Shown: positions 14,924 to 30,094, counted from the first letter of the stretch. The stretch is DNA of 64,000 nt from Chrysomallon squamiferum (GCA_012295275.1 CM022672.1:2604001-2668000), one strand, 5' to 3'. Translations and numbers: made by a program. Notes: generated from the letters alone by a model not told the origin.

Positions 14924-16153
14924 CAAATATGTATTTCCTTTCTATATATATCCATATCTATTCATGTAAGCATGTAGTAATATACCAGTTGCGTATCTTT
15001 CAACAACATAATTTTTTTATATTTCGCCTGAGAATGCCTTTAAATTCAAACTCATATATGTACACGTAAAGTCTGTTCTTAAAACACATGCAATATATTT
15101 ACTCATAGTGTGCTTAATAATCTTCAAGCCTTCGACAGATACATTACAACAGAAATGTCTTTGTCTGACCGTAGACTATAGTATTTCAATTTATGCGTAA
15201 CTGTTTAAGTATGTAATATATATGTAAGAATGTAAGCATATGTGTGTGGGTATGTGGGTGTGGGTGTGTGAGAAAGATATAAAGGTATGTATAATGTGTA
15301 TGGGATATATGGGTGCATGTTATTATATACTGATAATGTGCGTATTTATCTATTATAACCTCTATATTTTCTCTTGTCAGTTATCTACTTTCATTTTTTT
15401 TTAAATTATTTATTTCATTGTAAAAATAGCTTGTTTATCTTATTCCGATCAAAATTACACAGGTGTCCTTTAAAACAGATATTCATATCACTTTCTTTTA
15501 TCAAGCTTCTTTTTTTCCTTCTTTCACCTATTTATGTAACGTACCTATCGATAAACTCGCGTGCATTATTTATTATTAACATTAAAAACACGTTTGATTC
15601 TTAATCGTTTCAGTTTTGTTTATACATCTATCATTATGAGATTCTCAAGGGTTCTGTCAACAGAAAATAAATTGTATTTTATCATCTTCTATTTATTTTT
15701 GCTTTATTTATACGTTTTTGTGTACACACTGGTGGTTACTGTTGTGCTGAAGCAAAATTATCTATTTGAAAAGGTGAGTTCGGTGCAAACTGTAACAATT
15801 TGGGACTACGCGTATAAATACAGATGTATTTTAACACAGATAAGCTGGTAGGTTTTCGCATCGACATTCTGGTACTTAGGGTATTAATAGGGATTTTTGT
15901 GGGAGTTAAAGGTAATGAATATGTTCGACCAAGCATTCCTTTCTGCTTCTTAGCGTCACGAGAATACAGAAAATGAGAGGTTAACTTTGTAATCTGCGTG
16001 TGTGCGTTCGTGCGTACGTAGCTATGAATGTGAGTGATTTGGGAAGTGTATATTTATGAGAGTAAATATTTCTGTACGTTTTGGTTTTCTGATTGTTTGT
16101 GAAAAGGTATGTTTGAATATATATGTATGTATGTATGTACGTGTGTTTGCGTA

Positions 16154-16184
<31 letters not shown>

Positions 16185-16742
16185 TTGTGTGCCTTTATAT
16201 CTGTTTATATTTTTATAAACGTATGTTTGTTTCTTTGTTTGTATGTATATGTGTGTTTGTATTTATCTGTACATGTATGTTAGATATGTGAGTGTATGTA
16301 TTATGTACAAAAGGATAGTTATATTATATAGGTGTGTTTGATGGTTGTGTTTATTTGTGTTGGTGCGTTGATTAATATATCATGTTAAGAAATGGAAGCA
16401 TACAAAATATTATAACGTTCTTCTGTAATTAGTTCTGTTGATGCAAAGTGACACGCCTATAGTATAAACATGCGACCAACACCCCCGTGCAAGACATTTC
16501 TCTTTATTTTCAACGTGCAGGCAAAACGCCTGAAATCAGAGAATTACAAATTAATTTTCTTCCCACTAACAGGGTGGATTTTTCTAGAACTTGAGAGGTT
16601 ATTTGAGATGATTGCACGTCATTTTATTCATAAACAAATACAGATGCAGTAAGAAACGAAAATAGAACTGCTAACGCCTTGTTGTGTGAGACATAATCAC
16701 AAATAAACGTGCATTCCATACCTTTGAATTTTGTCCCACCTT

Positions 16743-16820
16743 GTCACGTGAGCGCGCGCCATCTACTCCCACGTCAGCATGATTATGTTGATATTGAGCA
16801 GGTGGGGATGACGTCACGTA
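16743..16820. promoter_or_regulatory. Dense TF-motif cluster (E-box, GC run, GCCATCT, UPRE/CREB3-like, GCAGGTG, full CRE)
   Basis: GTCACGTGA 16743, GCGCGCGC 16752, CGCCATCT 16757, CCACGTCA 16769, GCAGGTG 16798, TGACGTCA 16809. Confidence 0.5.
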
Positions 16821-16881
16821 CGAAAAAGGCAAGAACTGTAATTTAGTAGGTGTATAAGGAACTAATTTCCTATAAAGAATC

Positions 16882-16882
<1 letters not shown>

Positions 16883-16971
<89 letters not shown>

Positions 16972-17060
16972 ATTGTTATTACTACTACTACTACAACTAT
17001 TTTTAATAGTAGTAGTAGTAGTAGTTGTCGTGGTTGTAACAGCAGTTGTCGCAGTAGTAG
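16883..17060. repeat. (TTA)n-(TTG)n-(CTA)n-(GTA)n compound microsatellite
   Basis: Direct reading; source of the poly-Leu/Val ORF. Confidence 0.95.
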
Positions 17061-17228
17061 TATTTGTGTTTAATAAATTACGTAATTATTGATTATATTA
17101 AAGTTTTATGTAAATTAATCTGTTGGTAAGTTAGTTTTATCCATTTGCGTTTATTATTTTTAATTACAAATAATTATTAATGTACTTATATTTGTTTTAT
17201 TATACTTTGTTAAGTTATAGCGAGAGGC

Positions 17229-17231
<3 letters not shown>

Positions 17232-17297
<66 letters not shown>
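17232..17297. repeat. (GA)n microsatellite
   Basis: Direct reading. Confidence 0.98.
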
Positions 17298-17302
<5 letters not shown>

Positions 17303-19477
17303 AATACAGCTAGACACGAAGCTATCTGATATCAGCTAAAATTACAAATGCACCACAAATCGTGAAGTTTCATAAAAAAAAAATATTTGTTAGCTTTTAG
17401 TGTGTGTGTGTGTGTATGTGTGTGTATATATGAACAACTATGAATATGTTAAGCACTATAATTCTTTTAATTCTTGTACTGACAAAAGTTTTCAACAGTC
17501 GAAAAAATGTAGACTATAGTACTGTTTTTTTACTTTCTTTCTCTTTACTTTTTTTATTCACTGCTTTAAATTTTTGAAACTTTTAACATATTTCTGATGA
17601 AGACTGTTATTCAACATAATACATTTATATTCTTCTTTTTTTTTAATTTTTTTTTAATTTTTTTTTTTCTGTTCAGAAATTATTGTAACAGTCTGTAAGC
17701 TTTGTTTTCAAATAACAATGTGAAATAATCGTTTAAAATCTTTCTATGTGTCTATCATATAACCTTATTTTGTTTAAGCTGACACTAAACAACTTGGCAA
17801 GCTCTGAGATTGTGCACATGTTAAGCATGCTTGAACAGTTCTGTGATGGAAGCAAGCCAAACAAATGACCTACATGTAACACGTTAATGGAGAAAAGGGT
17901 TTCTACCGACCACTCGTTCTGCACAGGCGCTTAACGCAGATTTGTTCCCTAATGTTGTGTCAATCGATTTCGTCGCTTTCCCGAGAAATCCATTCATGGC
18001 AAGTTAGTTTCGTGTTCCTTCAAGTCATTCATTGATCTGGCAGTTATGTAGAGATGACGTCATATGTCCAGAAACTCGGTCTGTTACAAAAGGCTGCAGT
18101 CGGCCACCATCGAGAAAAGCCTCTTTTTTTCTTTTTTTTTTTGCAAATAAGCCGGAAATGTGCTGTTTTCGCACATGACCTATAATCGTATGCCGGTTGA
18201 TTAATTTGTTTATTTATTTCATGTTTATGTTTTCCTATATTTTACTTTTTCTTTTTGTTTTATTTTTATTTATTTATTTATTTATCATTATGTGTGTGTG
18301 TTGTTTTTGTTTTTGCGGGGTTTTGTTTTAATTTTATTTTCCCCCTATTATTTAATTTTTAATAGGTTTTTGTTTACTAAAATAAAATTTTACATTTCTC
18401 ATTTTTCGTTTAGGTTTTCGACGTGGTTGTCTGTTTTAAATTTTTCTTCACGTTCTTCTTTTGTTTTAGATCTAACTTGTTTGTTTGTTGTTGTTTTTTA
18501 TATATATATATATTTGTTTGTTTGTTTTTGTATTTTATTTCATGTGATGTTTCTTGCTGCTGTTGTTGTTTTGTTTCCTTTAGTTATTTTAAATTGCTTA
18601 CGATATACAGCCAACATGATGAGATTTCAGATACAGCCTTAAACCAAAGCAGTTCCTGCTAACACATAATTGTGTTATGCTGGCTTCTTCTAAATCAATT
18701 AGGATTTCCTGGACAACACACGAAGAGCGATGACTCAGCGTAAAATAAATGACCGCTACTAGTACAGATCTAATGATGTCCAAGTGATTTAAAAACAAAT
18801 ACTTTCAATACGAGATGGAGACACACGAGAGAAGAAATAAATTTCAGCCGTGACCTTCCTCTGGACTGTTTGTCTTTCCCGATCACAACCGTTTGATGCG
18901 GTATTTCTTTCTTTCATTTCTCCACATATTTTTATTTCCTTTTTTTTTGAAGTTGTATCTGACCCTCCTTTACCATCCCCCAGGAGAAGGAAATTAGTCA
19001 CGTTCCTGAAACTTAAATCACCCACGATGCATTGGTTGTGACCAGAGTACACGGAAAACGTTATCAGTCTTGCCTTCGCCCATGCACGTGTACGAAAGTG
19101 TTAGTATAGAGAGGACTGCCACCGGCCTGGTGTCATTACCAGATAATATAGTCTATCGATTCGACAAGCCAGTGCCTTCCAGCTTTGTAAAAAAAAAAAA
19201 ACGTCCAGTTTTGTACAAAGCCGGCACTCTATTCGTTATATTTGTTAGAGCCAGTGTTACCCTAGGCACGATTTTTCGATTTGGTCAAGTAAGCAAGATC
19301 GACAAGGGCCGCTAACAAACCTGTGGTCACTATTAGATTTGGCTAATTTATAATGTGAAAGGAAAGAATACTGTTAACCGTTCTGTAAACTACTGGCTGC
19401 ACAGATGTGAAATATTAATTAGTTATATTTTTAAAAATCTAAATGTGAATGAAATTTATTGTTTGCATCTGTCGGTG

Positions 19478-19479
19478 TA

Positions 19480-19545
<66 letters not shown>
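19478..19545. repeat. (GT)n microsatellite
   Basis: Direct reading. Confidence 0.97.
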
Positions 19546-19546
<1 letters not shown>

Positions 19547-20085
19547 GTGTACACTTAGTGCACCTACAAACATATGCTCATTAAGGCAGGCAAACAAATA
19601 AATAGATTACATACATGCAAAATATTCTTGAATACACTCATATATATACACACATAAGTACACACACATACACACACACACACACACACACATATATACA
19701 CTTGCATGTACTACTTATATGAATGCATGCGTGCATAAGAGTTCTCTCTTTTCTACTGAACATATTTATTGTACACTTATAACTTTCCATTTATCTTGCC
19801 ACAACAGATCATGTTTCCAGTGTCCCCTGTTTATGAACTGTCCTTGCTGATTTATCTGTTTCATACTTATTAAAAAGCTTCGTTTATCAGTGGTTGTTAA
19901 TACTCGTTTAAATGGTTTTTCCTTTCGCCGACTCCCGCCTGCTGCCCATTCAAAGCTGCACATGTAGTTCAAAGGTTAACATGTGATAGGACTTTTGTTA
20001 AACAGAATGAAATTCTAACAAAGACACTGAGGACCGCACATGCAAATTTGATGAACCAGGCGTACAAAAGGCTTGTGTAGATTTA

Positions 20086-20164
20086 AAGGAACGTGCGTAG
20101 AACAGCACGTGGGCTTTTGAAGGAACGTGCCGGGAACAGCACGTGTGGGAATGAAGGAACGTGC
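20086..20164. repeat. 34-bp tandem repeat (2.3 copies) carrying ACGTG cores
   Basis: AAGGAACGTGC at 20086, 20120 and 20154; GAACAGCACGTG in both full units. Confidence 0.9.
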
Positions 20165-20314
20165 TTTGGCCTGTTCGTTTATCTTTGATGGAACGTTATC
20201 TTGTTTGAACAGCATGTCTGGAACTGAGATTTCATATTTTTCAATCATAAATGTTTCTTTGTCTCTTTTGCATGTAGTGTTAGGCTTTTACTTATTTTAT
20301 TTGTTTTTGTTGGG

Positions 20315-20317
<3 letters not shown>

Positions 20318-20382
<65 letters not shown>
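20318..20382. repeat. (CT)n microsatellite
   Basis: Direct reading. Confidence 0.98.
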
Positions 20383-20385
<3 letters not shown>

Positions 20386-21444
20386 CCAATTTCGTTTTTT
20401 GCTGTTTCTCCATTTACTTTATCTTTCAGCGGAAGGAGATGGTCGTTCATTTCTTTATTGACTTTGTTTGTCTTTGCATTTTGGTTTAGAATCTACAAAA
20501 GGAATATCAGTATTTTTGGAACTGAAACTACGATTTATCTTCTTTTTTTTTTCAGTTTCCAATTTAATGAACAAATCTGATCTTTACTTTCTTCTTTTTC
20601 TTTACAAAATTGTGGTGTACCTTTCAAAATATAGTTTTGCTTGTTCTTTACTTTCTTCTTATATATATGTATGTTTTTTTTTTTTAATTCTGGTATCTCT
20701 ATGGGCGCTATTCTTATGTCTCTGTCTGTCTGATTCACACAACCTATGTTAATATATAAGTTCAATATGCTTACGTATATATAAAGAAAAAACCTCTTAA
20801 AACAGCTGGCTGCTATGCGGGTGGTTGATGAACTATATTTATTATTTATTCATAAACAATAATTTTCCTTTTAACATTCTTCACATCACTCACTTCTTGC
20901 ATGTGTTGTTTGTTGTGTTCTCTCCACGCAAACTGCACTAAGAAACTTTTACAACTCGGCTTTGAAAAAAAAAAAAAAAAAAAAAATAAGACGACAAAAA
21001 TAAAATCACTTGTATGTGTTCCAGTCCTTTTTTTTAAATTTACATTTCCAGTAATGAAACAGCTCATTGCCTGTCGTGATTCCTTGCACCGTGCTGCTGA
21101 TTAGAAGATAGATGTGACGACCAGACTGCGGGCAGCTTATCCTCCCTCGCACGAGCTGCAGGTCCAGACAGCGGGCACCGGCAGTTCACTGACCACTCGG
21201 GTTCTGCATCACGATTGATGGTCAACACCCTTTACATTTCCTTCCACATTCGCGACGTGGAGGCTAGTTTCGCAGTTTAATACTGCAAGTATGCAGCTTG
21301 TATTGTTGTTGTTTTGTTTTTTTTCTTGTTGTGTGTGTGTGTGTGCGAGAGAGAGAAAGTGATATTGTCAGGACTTTTCTAAACAAAGTTTAAAATATAT
21401 TTGCTAATTACAATTAGACATAATTATACTCCAAACGGTACTCC

Positions 21445-21477
<33 letters not shown>

Positions 21478-22160
21478 GATATATATATCTGTGCATCTGT
21501 TTGTGACAGTGTAAGGAAAACGGCATATGCAATTAACCTCTAATTTCACTTTCATAATTATTCTTCTTTTTTTCCAATATAAGTATGATTTGTGTTGTTG
21601 AGGTTTCAGCCAAATGTGTGCGTTTTTGTGGGCTTTCGTTTGTAGGTGTGGAGAATTTAATATTATCGGCTGTTTTATTTTTATAAGCTTTTCTTTTTTC
21701 TTTTTCTTTTTTCGAAACAGGGACCTACATTTTAATTTCTATCACAGTCGAACCTTCGCTTAAACTCGCTACCTTGCAGTCTTTTCTTTTCATGAAAGCT
21801 GTGTATCCGCTCCTCAGTTTCATTTCCCTCTGAAGACATGTGCTATTCATCTCTGTCAAACTTCTATGCAAAACTCACAGTGAGTTTCATCAGGAATAAT
21901 AATTCCTTTTGTCAGTTGAGATTTATCTGAAAGGTATCGAGGCTGGATTCTATTCAGAAAAGTATATTTATATGCGCGAATCCGATAACAAGTCCACAGA
22001 ATTCAGATACCTGCAGTTTGTTGATTTATACTTTTTATTACAAGTAAAGGTCGCAGAAATGATTAGTCAGAATTTATATGAACGAGTCTGAGAATATGTG
22101 TTTTTGTGTTTGTGTGTATGTGTGTATGTGTGTGTGTGTTTGTGTGGCTTTGTGTTCGTC

Positions 22161-22163
<3 letters not shown>

Positions 22164-22244
<81 letters not shown>
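22164..22244. repeat. (GA)n microsatellite
   Basis: Direct reading. Confidence 0.98.
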
Positions 22245-22250
<6 letters not shown>

Positions 22251-22849
22251 TGACTAAACCCATTGCCTCTACTGCTCTGCTATCATCTACGTAAATTACT
22301 TTAAATACATCAGTCATAAATTACAACATTTTTTAGCTCGTTATAATCTCGAAACTGATCACTTCTATAACTTATACTGGATTTTACAACAAAATGTATT
22401 TTAAAAAAATGATAAAAAGTAAAAGAAAATAAACAGGATGTTTTGGCATAGACATTATACAACAATGATTAGTTTATAGTTTGAACTGCATTCTGCGAAA
22501 ACGGTCACAACCTGCTTTCAGTTTATACTGGCTAATAGGAAAATGATAACATCTAAAAAGTTATTGTTCTACGGTATATTTGACCTTTTTTTAATTACAT
22601 GGTTATTATAATATTGCTCCCGGATATATTTTAAACTGTTATTAATCCTTTGTAGATTATTATTAATACGTTGGTTCGGTCAGCAGACAATGCAATCTTT
22701 ATTAAACGCCGATCCCCATAGGTGCAGTATCTATCTAATTTTAGTAAACTGTAAGCCAAGCCCTCTCTTCAGTGGTTTGCTTTATTTGATAGAGACTGCC
22801 TACGGGAAAATATCTGTAAATGTGATCAAAAAAAAAATGTTGTCGTCGG

Positions 22850-23012
22850 TTATGATGATGATGATGATAATGATGATGATGACGATGATGATAATGTTGA
22901 TGCTAATGTGATAGTGATGAAGATAATGAAGATGATGGTGATAGTACTTGTGATAGTGATGGTGATTATGAAGATGATGACGACCATGATGATGATGATG
23001 ATGATGATGATA
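22850..23012. repeat. Degenerate (ATG)n tract
   Basis: Direct reading; source of the poly-Met/His ORFs. Confidence 0.93.
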
Positions 23013-23924
23013 ACGCCGTGTATTAATGTTACTGTATTTAAAAGTTATAAACATTTAGTGTTTTCTTTTTATTATTATTATTTTTTTGTATTATTTATTA
23101 TTATTATTATTTTTAAATATATTATTATTATGATTATTATTATTATTATTAATTGTTTGTTTGGGATTTTTTTTTTTTTTTTTTTTTTTGTGTTTGTTTG
23201 TTTTCTTTTTTCTTTTTTTTCTATTAACATCAACAAACCACGGTAACAATAATAACGATAAACAACAATAATAATAACAATAATAATTAAACGAAAACAC
23301 CGCAGGCAACAACTAATGCAACAACAACAACAGTATCAACAACATCAGCAGTTACAATACGTTAATGATGACGATTATGGAAAACAAAACAACAGCAACG
23401 ACAACAACCGCCAATCCAGCAGTTATTATAACAACAACAGCAAAACCACCAGTTGTAATAACTAAAAAAAAAAAAAAAAAACGGCAACGAAAAGAACAAC
23501 AAACAAAAATCTCTAATTATAATAACTACAACAATAACGTTTTATATGCTATTTTTCGTTCTTTGTACTTAGTCGTAAGGTCAATATTTGAAATAAGCAT
23601 TACAGAATTGTTTTCAGAGAAAAATAATACGTTCTACCTACAATTAAAACCCCCACTCAATTGTGCAGCTCTTGTCTAGCGTAACTCAGCGTTGCCGTTG
23701 ACAAAGAGCTTCTTGAACGATAACAAAATTGGTATGTGACATCTCGTAGCGGGAGAAAACAGATTATATTGCACTTCGTATACGTAGCGAAACTGCTATA
23801 TAATGACACAGTGTTTTCTTCGTATGTGTGTATATTTTGTTTACTGGGTATTGATTTTTTTAAAGTGCATCTGCCTTTGAGAACAACAGTGTCATCGTGT
23901 TAAGATGTTGTTGTTGTTGTTATG

Positions 23925-23926
<2 letters not shown>

Positions 23927-23981
<55 letters not shown>
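23927..23981. repeat. (ATT)n microsatellite
   Basis: Direct reading. Confidence 0.96.
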
Positions 23982-24116
23982 TTATTATCATTTGCTTAAA
24001 AGCTGAGGTGAATCGGGAATTTTGTGAAAGTCGAGGAATCATAGTAATTCTGCTAACATACTCACAGATATACATACATATATTTATGTGTGTATATGTA
24101 TGTGTGTGTGTGTACG

Positions 24117-24165
<49 letters not shown>

Positions 24166-25734
24166 ATACGTGTGTGTGTCTATATATATATATGATTTGC
24201 TTAAAATAATAGCGTCGGCCTGCTGTTTTCACGTTAAAGTGTCATTTTATTTTATCTTTGCTACTTCCTTAACTACAGGGGTAATCAGACATTTTTGAAG
24301 GGCAGATTTGCATTCCTACCACTAAACAACGTTAATAGTGGTAGTACTAGTAGTTCTAGTAGTAGTAGTAATAACAGTACTACTAATAGCAGTAGAAGTT
24401 ATGGTAGTAGTAACAGTAGTTGTTGCAGCAATAGTAGATGTAGTAATAGTTGTAGTTTAATAAATAAGCAAAATAAATAAGCATATTAAATTATAAAGAT
24501 GTTTATTAAATTGTCCGTTAATCGAGTATATATATATACACGCACGCACATACACACAGACACTGTGTACTTTGTTTATTATAAATAACAGCAAGAAAGA
24601 AAAAGATTCCTAATTTCACACCTTTCTGTCTGTCACTTCTACGTTAGTACAACACCATCAAGTGACAGAGTGATGTATAGTTTGCAGCTGCGACGTTCTT
24701 GCTGGAAACAGAAGGTAAAAAGAAGTAATTTTAAGGTGAAATGGTGCTGTTGTTTCCATTAAAGTGTTGTTTTCTAACCTGAAAGTTGCTCTCATTCGTA
24801 AAGTTTTGTTGGGTTTTTTTCTTTCTAAAAAGTATTTATTTGGTTTACTTTGAATTACTTTTTCATATTACTGTTTCGTTTTCTTTATTGTTTTATTGTT
24901 ATTTTCTTTCTGTTACTTTTGTTTTCATATTATTATTTTATTTTGTTTTCGTTTTGGTGAATTTTAAGTTGTTAGTTGCCATATGTGTCATGAAATATCC
25001 ATTCACTCAACAATTTATTCCCACTTTCGTTTTATTTTTCATTTCTTCGTTTGTTTTCTTTTTTCAACCTACTTTACAAGATTTCAATGCTCATCGTATG
25101 AGCTGAAAAGCTATTTAAGGTATTAAACTGCAATAAGTATAACTCACAGAAGTTATAAAACACTCCTGTTACGTATTTATTATCATAATAACTAAAGTAT
25201 ATTACTTTACTTACCATTTTACATTGTGATGTTTTATATCTCATGGTTGTCATTTACTAGTAATAACTGACTGATCCGTTTTTAAATACCGATACTCGAT
25301 TAATATTTTGAATGTCAGAACTCTGTTAGTTTGTAAAATACCCGTACTTGACTCATTTAAAAACATCGATCCACGATTAACCTGTTAAACAGTCACCAGG
25401 GTAATTTATAAAATATCGTAGATTTTTAATAAGCAGATCTTGGTTTCATTTGGCAATTTTCTCATTGCAGATCAATTCCCACATTCGACACGGATATTAT
25501 TTTCAAATTGACAGAGATCAGCTTGCCTCAGCTGTTCAAATATAAAGTGACTGCTTTATTGGATTTAATTATAAACTGTTTGGCCACAGAGAACATATTA
25601 TTAATTTTTACTCTACCTACTTGCTGACGACTGTTGTATTGTCAGTAATGAATTTTAAGCTAAATGCGGCAGATACTTTGTATTTTAAAAGTAATTACTC
25701 ATATCTTTTATTACAAACAAGAGTTACTGTTTGT

Positions 25735-25840
<106 letters not shown>

Positions 25841-28282
25841 CGTCGTAAACATAGTAACAGAATGCGTCGTTGTTTGTCCTATCTGTATGAAGTTATAATA
25901 TAACATTTGTTGCTAGCAATGAGTAAAAGAAGCGCAAGGAATGGTGGAATACTACTCCAATCTTATAGTTGATTATTGATAAACAAAATTATAAGATTGT
26001 CGTCTAAAACATTTTATTTAAAATAAGATCTGACGTTAAATAAATATTAATATAATTAAATATTTAAAATCGATAACAAGACTTTATTTATACCTTGCTA
26101 TGGTAGACATAGAATTCAGTATTCTTTTTAATCATCGTAAAACAAAAATTAAAGAAAATAAATTAAAAAATGCACACACGCACATACACACATAAACGCC
26201 GTAAGGCTTTATAGCTAACACCCTTTTCAATACGAAATCCAAACAATTAAAGACACAATTGTATTTTTATGACACAGAACACGTTTATCTCATACACTGT
26301 GTTTAAAAATGACACCAATCATTCTGTCTCCGTCGACAGGATGCGATCCAGGAGCCCCCTGGTCTGTAAACGAAATCACAGCGCCAGTCAGACTGGTGGA
26401 ATAAAGGTTTAGAAAGTTATTAATGTGACTTGCCTTCAAGCCATTTCCGCTGGTCAGGGAATTTATTGTCTAAGGTCTTTCCAACTGTTTAAAACGTAAT
26501 TATCTAGGGAAGACAAATTATTTACCCCGTCAATCAACTTCTGTCTTCCCTTTGATTTGTTATCGTTTGGTCAGCAAGGTCCAGACTTCGGCGATGTTCG
26601 TGCAGTTTTTCGTTTCTTTCCGATGTAAACTATTATCGTTCGCGTTACCCCAAACTGAAGTAGAAAACGAGTTTATTTCAGTTTGTTATGGTTTAATTTC
26701 TTTGTCTGTAGGGAAGATGTGGACACACTACGGGTAAATAGACACAAACGAAGCCTCACTTAGGTTTGGAGATGCATGAGAAAACAGCGGACTTCCTAAT
26801 ACTTACGGTTGTAAAATGCATGCTGAGACAAAAGCTTTAGTGAAACTCTGGGGTCGGTCGCCAATAACCGCAAAATGAAGCCTACTCGTAGTTCACTGTA
26901 AGCGTTTTCAGTCCTTGCAAGCGCTTCACGACATACCAGACATTTAAAAATATAGAAAATTGGAAAATAATAATAATAAATAATAATAATAATAATAATA
27001 ATATATAAAATAGTATTAACTGTGTATGGTGTATGGTTAATAAAGAGTATCCTTTTTAATTGATATTAATTTAAGTTTAATTCTGACACCGCCTGCTATC
27101 TTTCAGACTATAAATCTTCAACACACGCACCTAGTTCTTCGTACTGTGTTGTAATTTGACTGTTCGTTATAAAGCTTTTACAGACAAGAACGTAGGCAAG
27201 TCTTGGGTAGAACTTACTAATGAAAACAGAGATAGATATGCTTGAGCAGTTATCTAGTGGAAACTTGTTAATAATTACCCGTTGTCACTGTTTCCCGCAC
27301 CTTATTCTGTATTAGTTCCATTTAAAACTTTTTATAGATAAACGAAAATATTTGACTTTGTGCGTGGGTGAATGCTTTCTGGGCATTCGGTTTGTTTAGA
27401 ACTTGCATCACCTTTTATTTTCTCCTTCACCCGATATGTCACCTCATCCTACGTCACGCATTAGTCACGTGGCTTGAACCGGAGTCCGTTTTGTTAACAA
27501 AATGTCATAGAAAATACAAGACATGACAAAACTGTCATTTCGTAATTATTTTCAAAAAGCCTGTTTTTATATCCCAGTTTTACATTTGAATCAAATTGTA
27601 TTTAAAACTAAGTACTGTATAGATTAAGAGCAATTTATTACAAGGGATCGTTTATTTAATTTGAAGATTTAAAAAAGATGACCTTGTGTTGTGTAAGTCT
27701 AGCTTTCGTCAAAAAAAAATTTTTATTATAAATATTTTTATCACAAAATAAATTAAATAAACCTCTAAAATTTCCAATTTGTTTTCATTGTTGGTTTTCT
27801 TTTTCTTTGGAGATTAAAGACGGACAAACATACTACTGATTAAAAAAATAATGATAGTAATCTTGCAGAAATAAGTATTTGATTTACGATGTATATTAAT
27901 TTTTCTCTTTACTTCTTTTCTAAAATCAAATCAAATCGATCAGTTTTCAAATTAAAAACTTGAAAGATGAAGATTCTAAATCAAGACTGGCAGATTGCTG
28001 CAACTTTGATTCCAGTAGACAGTTTGTAATCGTGTAGGACAGTGTAATAAAGTATAAGAGTTATTTTCTTTGAAAATATTAAGGTGACGAAAAGAGCTTC
28101 AGAAATATATCTCTGTTACTTCACTGATAGCAAGACATATTTAACTAGTGGAAAGAAAAACATTTTACCAGATGTGACAAAAATGTACTGTGTAAGTGTG
28201 TGCAGGTGTATTTTAAACATCTGGTTCTATAACAGTATGATGAATTTGAAATGTATTTGTGCATGTGTGATTAAATATGAGG

Positions 28283-28468
<186 letters not shown>

Positions 28469-30094
28469 TAACCACAACATAAACCGTTGCATGTTATTGG
28501 AGATCGATCAAAAAAAAAAACACCCCAACATTATTAACTTAAAATAATATATCGCTGTTTAACAAAATAACACACACATGTAATATATAAGGCTATACAT
28601 TTAAATACGTTGCACATTTTTTCAATAACACCAAGCTGTCACGCTGTGTATATTTGATCGGGACACGTAAAATTACGCTTACACCGGTCCCTCTGCACCA
28701 TATGTACGTTAATTTACTCTTTTCTGCTTGTTTCATCAGCGGTTTTTTCCAAACTGATAAATGCAAGATAAAATACGATCGCCACAGTAGCAAAGTGTTG
28801 GCCGTGACAGTGTTCGGAAAGGAAAATAACTGCCGTGCACACAATACATAACGGTCTTAAATGGAAGACAGTAATATCAACTATTATTAAAACTCATACA
28901 AATTGATTTTGTATACATGTGTAGCAATTATTTATTTTTGTGTTTAGGTTTGTTGGATATGGGTATAATATGAATGTATACAAGTGTGTGTGTGTGTGTT
29001 CTTTGTGTGTGTTTGGATATTGGGTGTCAAACAAAAGTGGCCGATGAAGGATTTCTCAAACAGTAGGAGTCGCCATTACTTTGGAAGTCGTTAAAACTTT
29101 CAAAATGAAATGTGTTTTACCATTTAAAAAAAAAAAAGCATAAAATGCATTAATCAACCAAACAAGGTGGTCGTGAAATACTCCCCGTAGTATGAAGTAC
29201 TTCCAGATTTCGAGAACGTTCGGAGATGGCCAAATTGGTTTACCATCGTGACTTTCCATTTAAACGAAAAGATCCCGTAAATTACCGGTTCATGATGGGA
29301 CATTTGTAATGAAAATGGCTTTGATTTTTGTCGTCTTGTCGCCGTCTGTGATTCAGACATGAAGTGATTGCCATCCCACGCCTCTGCAGGGAAATAAATG
29401 AAGAATTTGCTGATGCGAAAAACAAAACGAGCCTTTCATTTTGAAACGATTAGAAAGAGGAGAAAAGATTGAAGATTTATTTGCAATTGTATCTGAGAAA
29501 ATTCTGAAGAAGAAGAAGATGAAGGAAAGAAGAAAAAATAATCAATGATACTGAAGAGATTATTTCGAAGACGATGTTGATTGCAGTTTTGATGATGATG
29601 ATGATGATGATGATATGATGATGATTTTGGTGGTGGGGGCATAACCATCATTAAAAAGCTTTGGTGTTAATTGCAAAGAATTTCTTATTCTTTTAAACGT
29701 TGTTACTGGTTTAGCTCATCTTCAGTATTTCCATACACATAATTAACTAGTATTAATTAAGGTGTCTGATAATTGCGTAAGTTTACAAATATAGCTGTGT
29801 TATTTTCAAAATTTTGTATGGATTACTTGTTACCTCACTCAGCAAAACAACAAATCAGTACATTGGCCCGTCTTTCTTTAAAAAAAGACACAGCATGTTT
29901 CATTTCCCAAGTAAACAATGTTTACCATTTTCGAACGCGTAAACTGTAAAACTCTTTTTCTTAATCAACCAGGAAAACAGACACTCGAAGACTAATTGCT
30001 TAGTCGCGTAGTCTGGCTAGCTACCACCTGTTTTAATTACGTTGATATTAATAGCATTAACAACTGAACTCACGAGACAGATAGCGTTGATGAC

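Noticed and set aside
15765-15782. Strong donor AAG|GTGAGT
   Set aside because: No credible upstream acceptor or coding frame; isolated donor motifs are common
29209-29221. Three-unit heat-shock element TTCgaGAAcgTTC
   Set aside because: Roughly one is expected by chance in 64 kb; it is isolated
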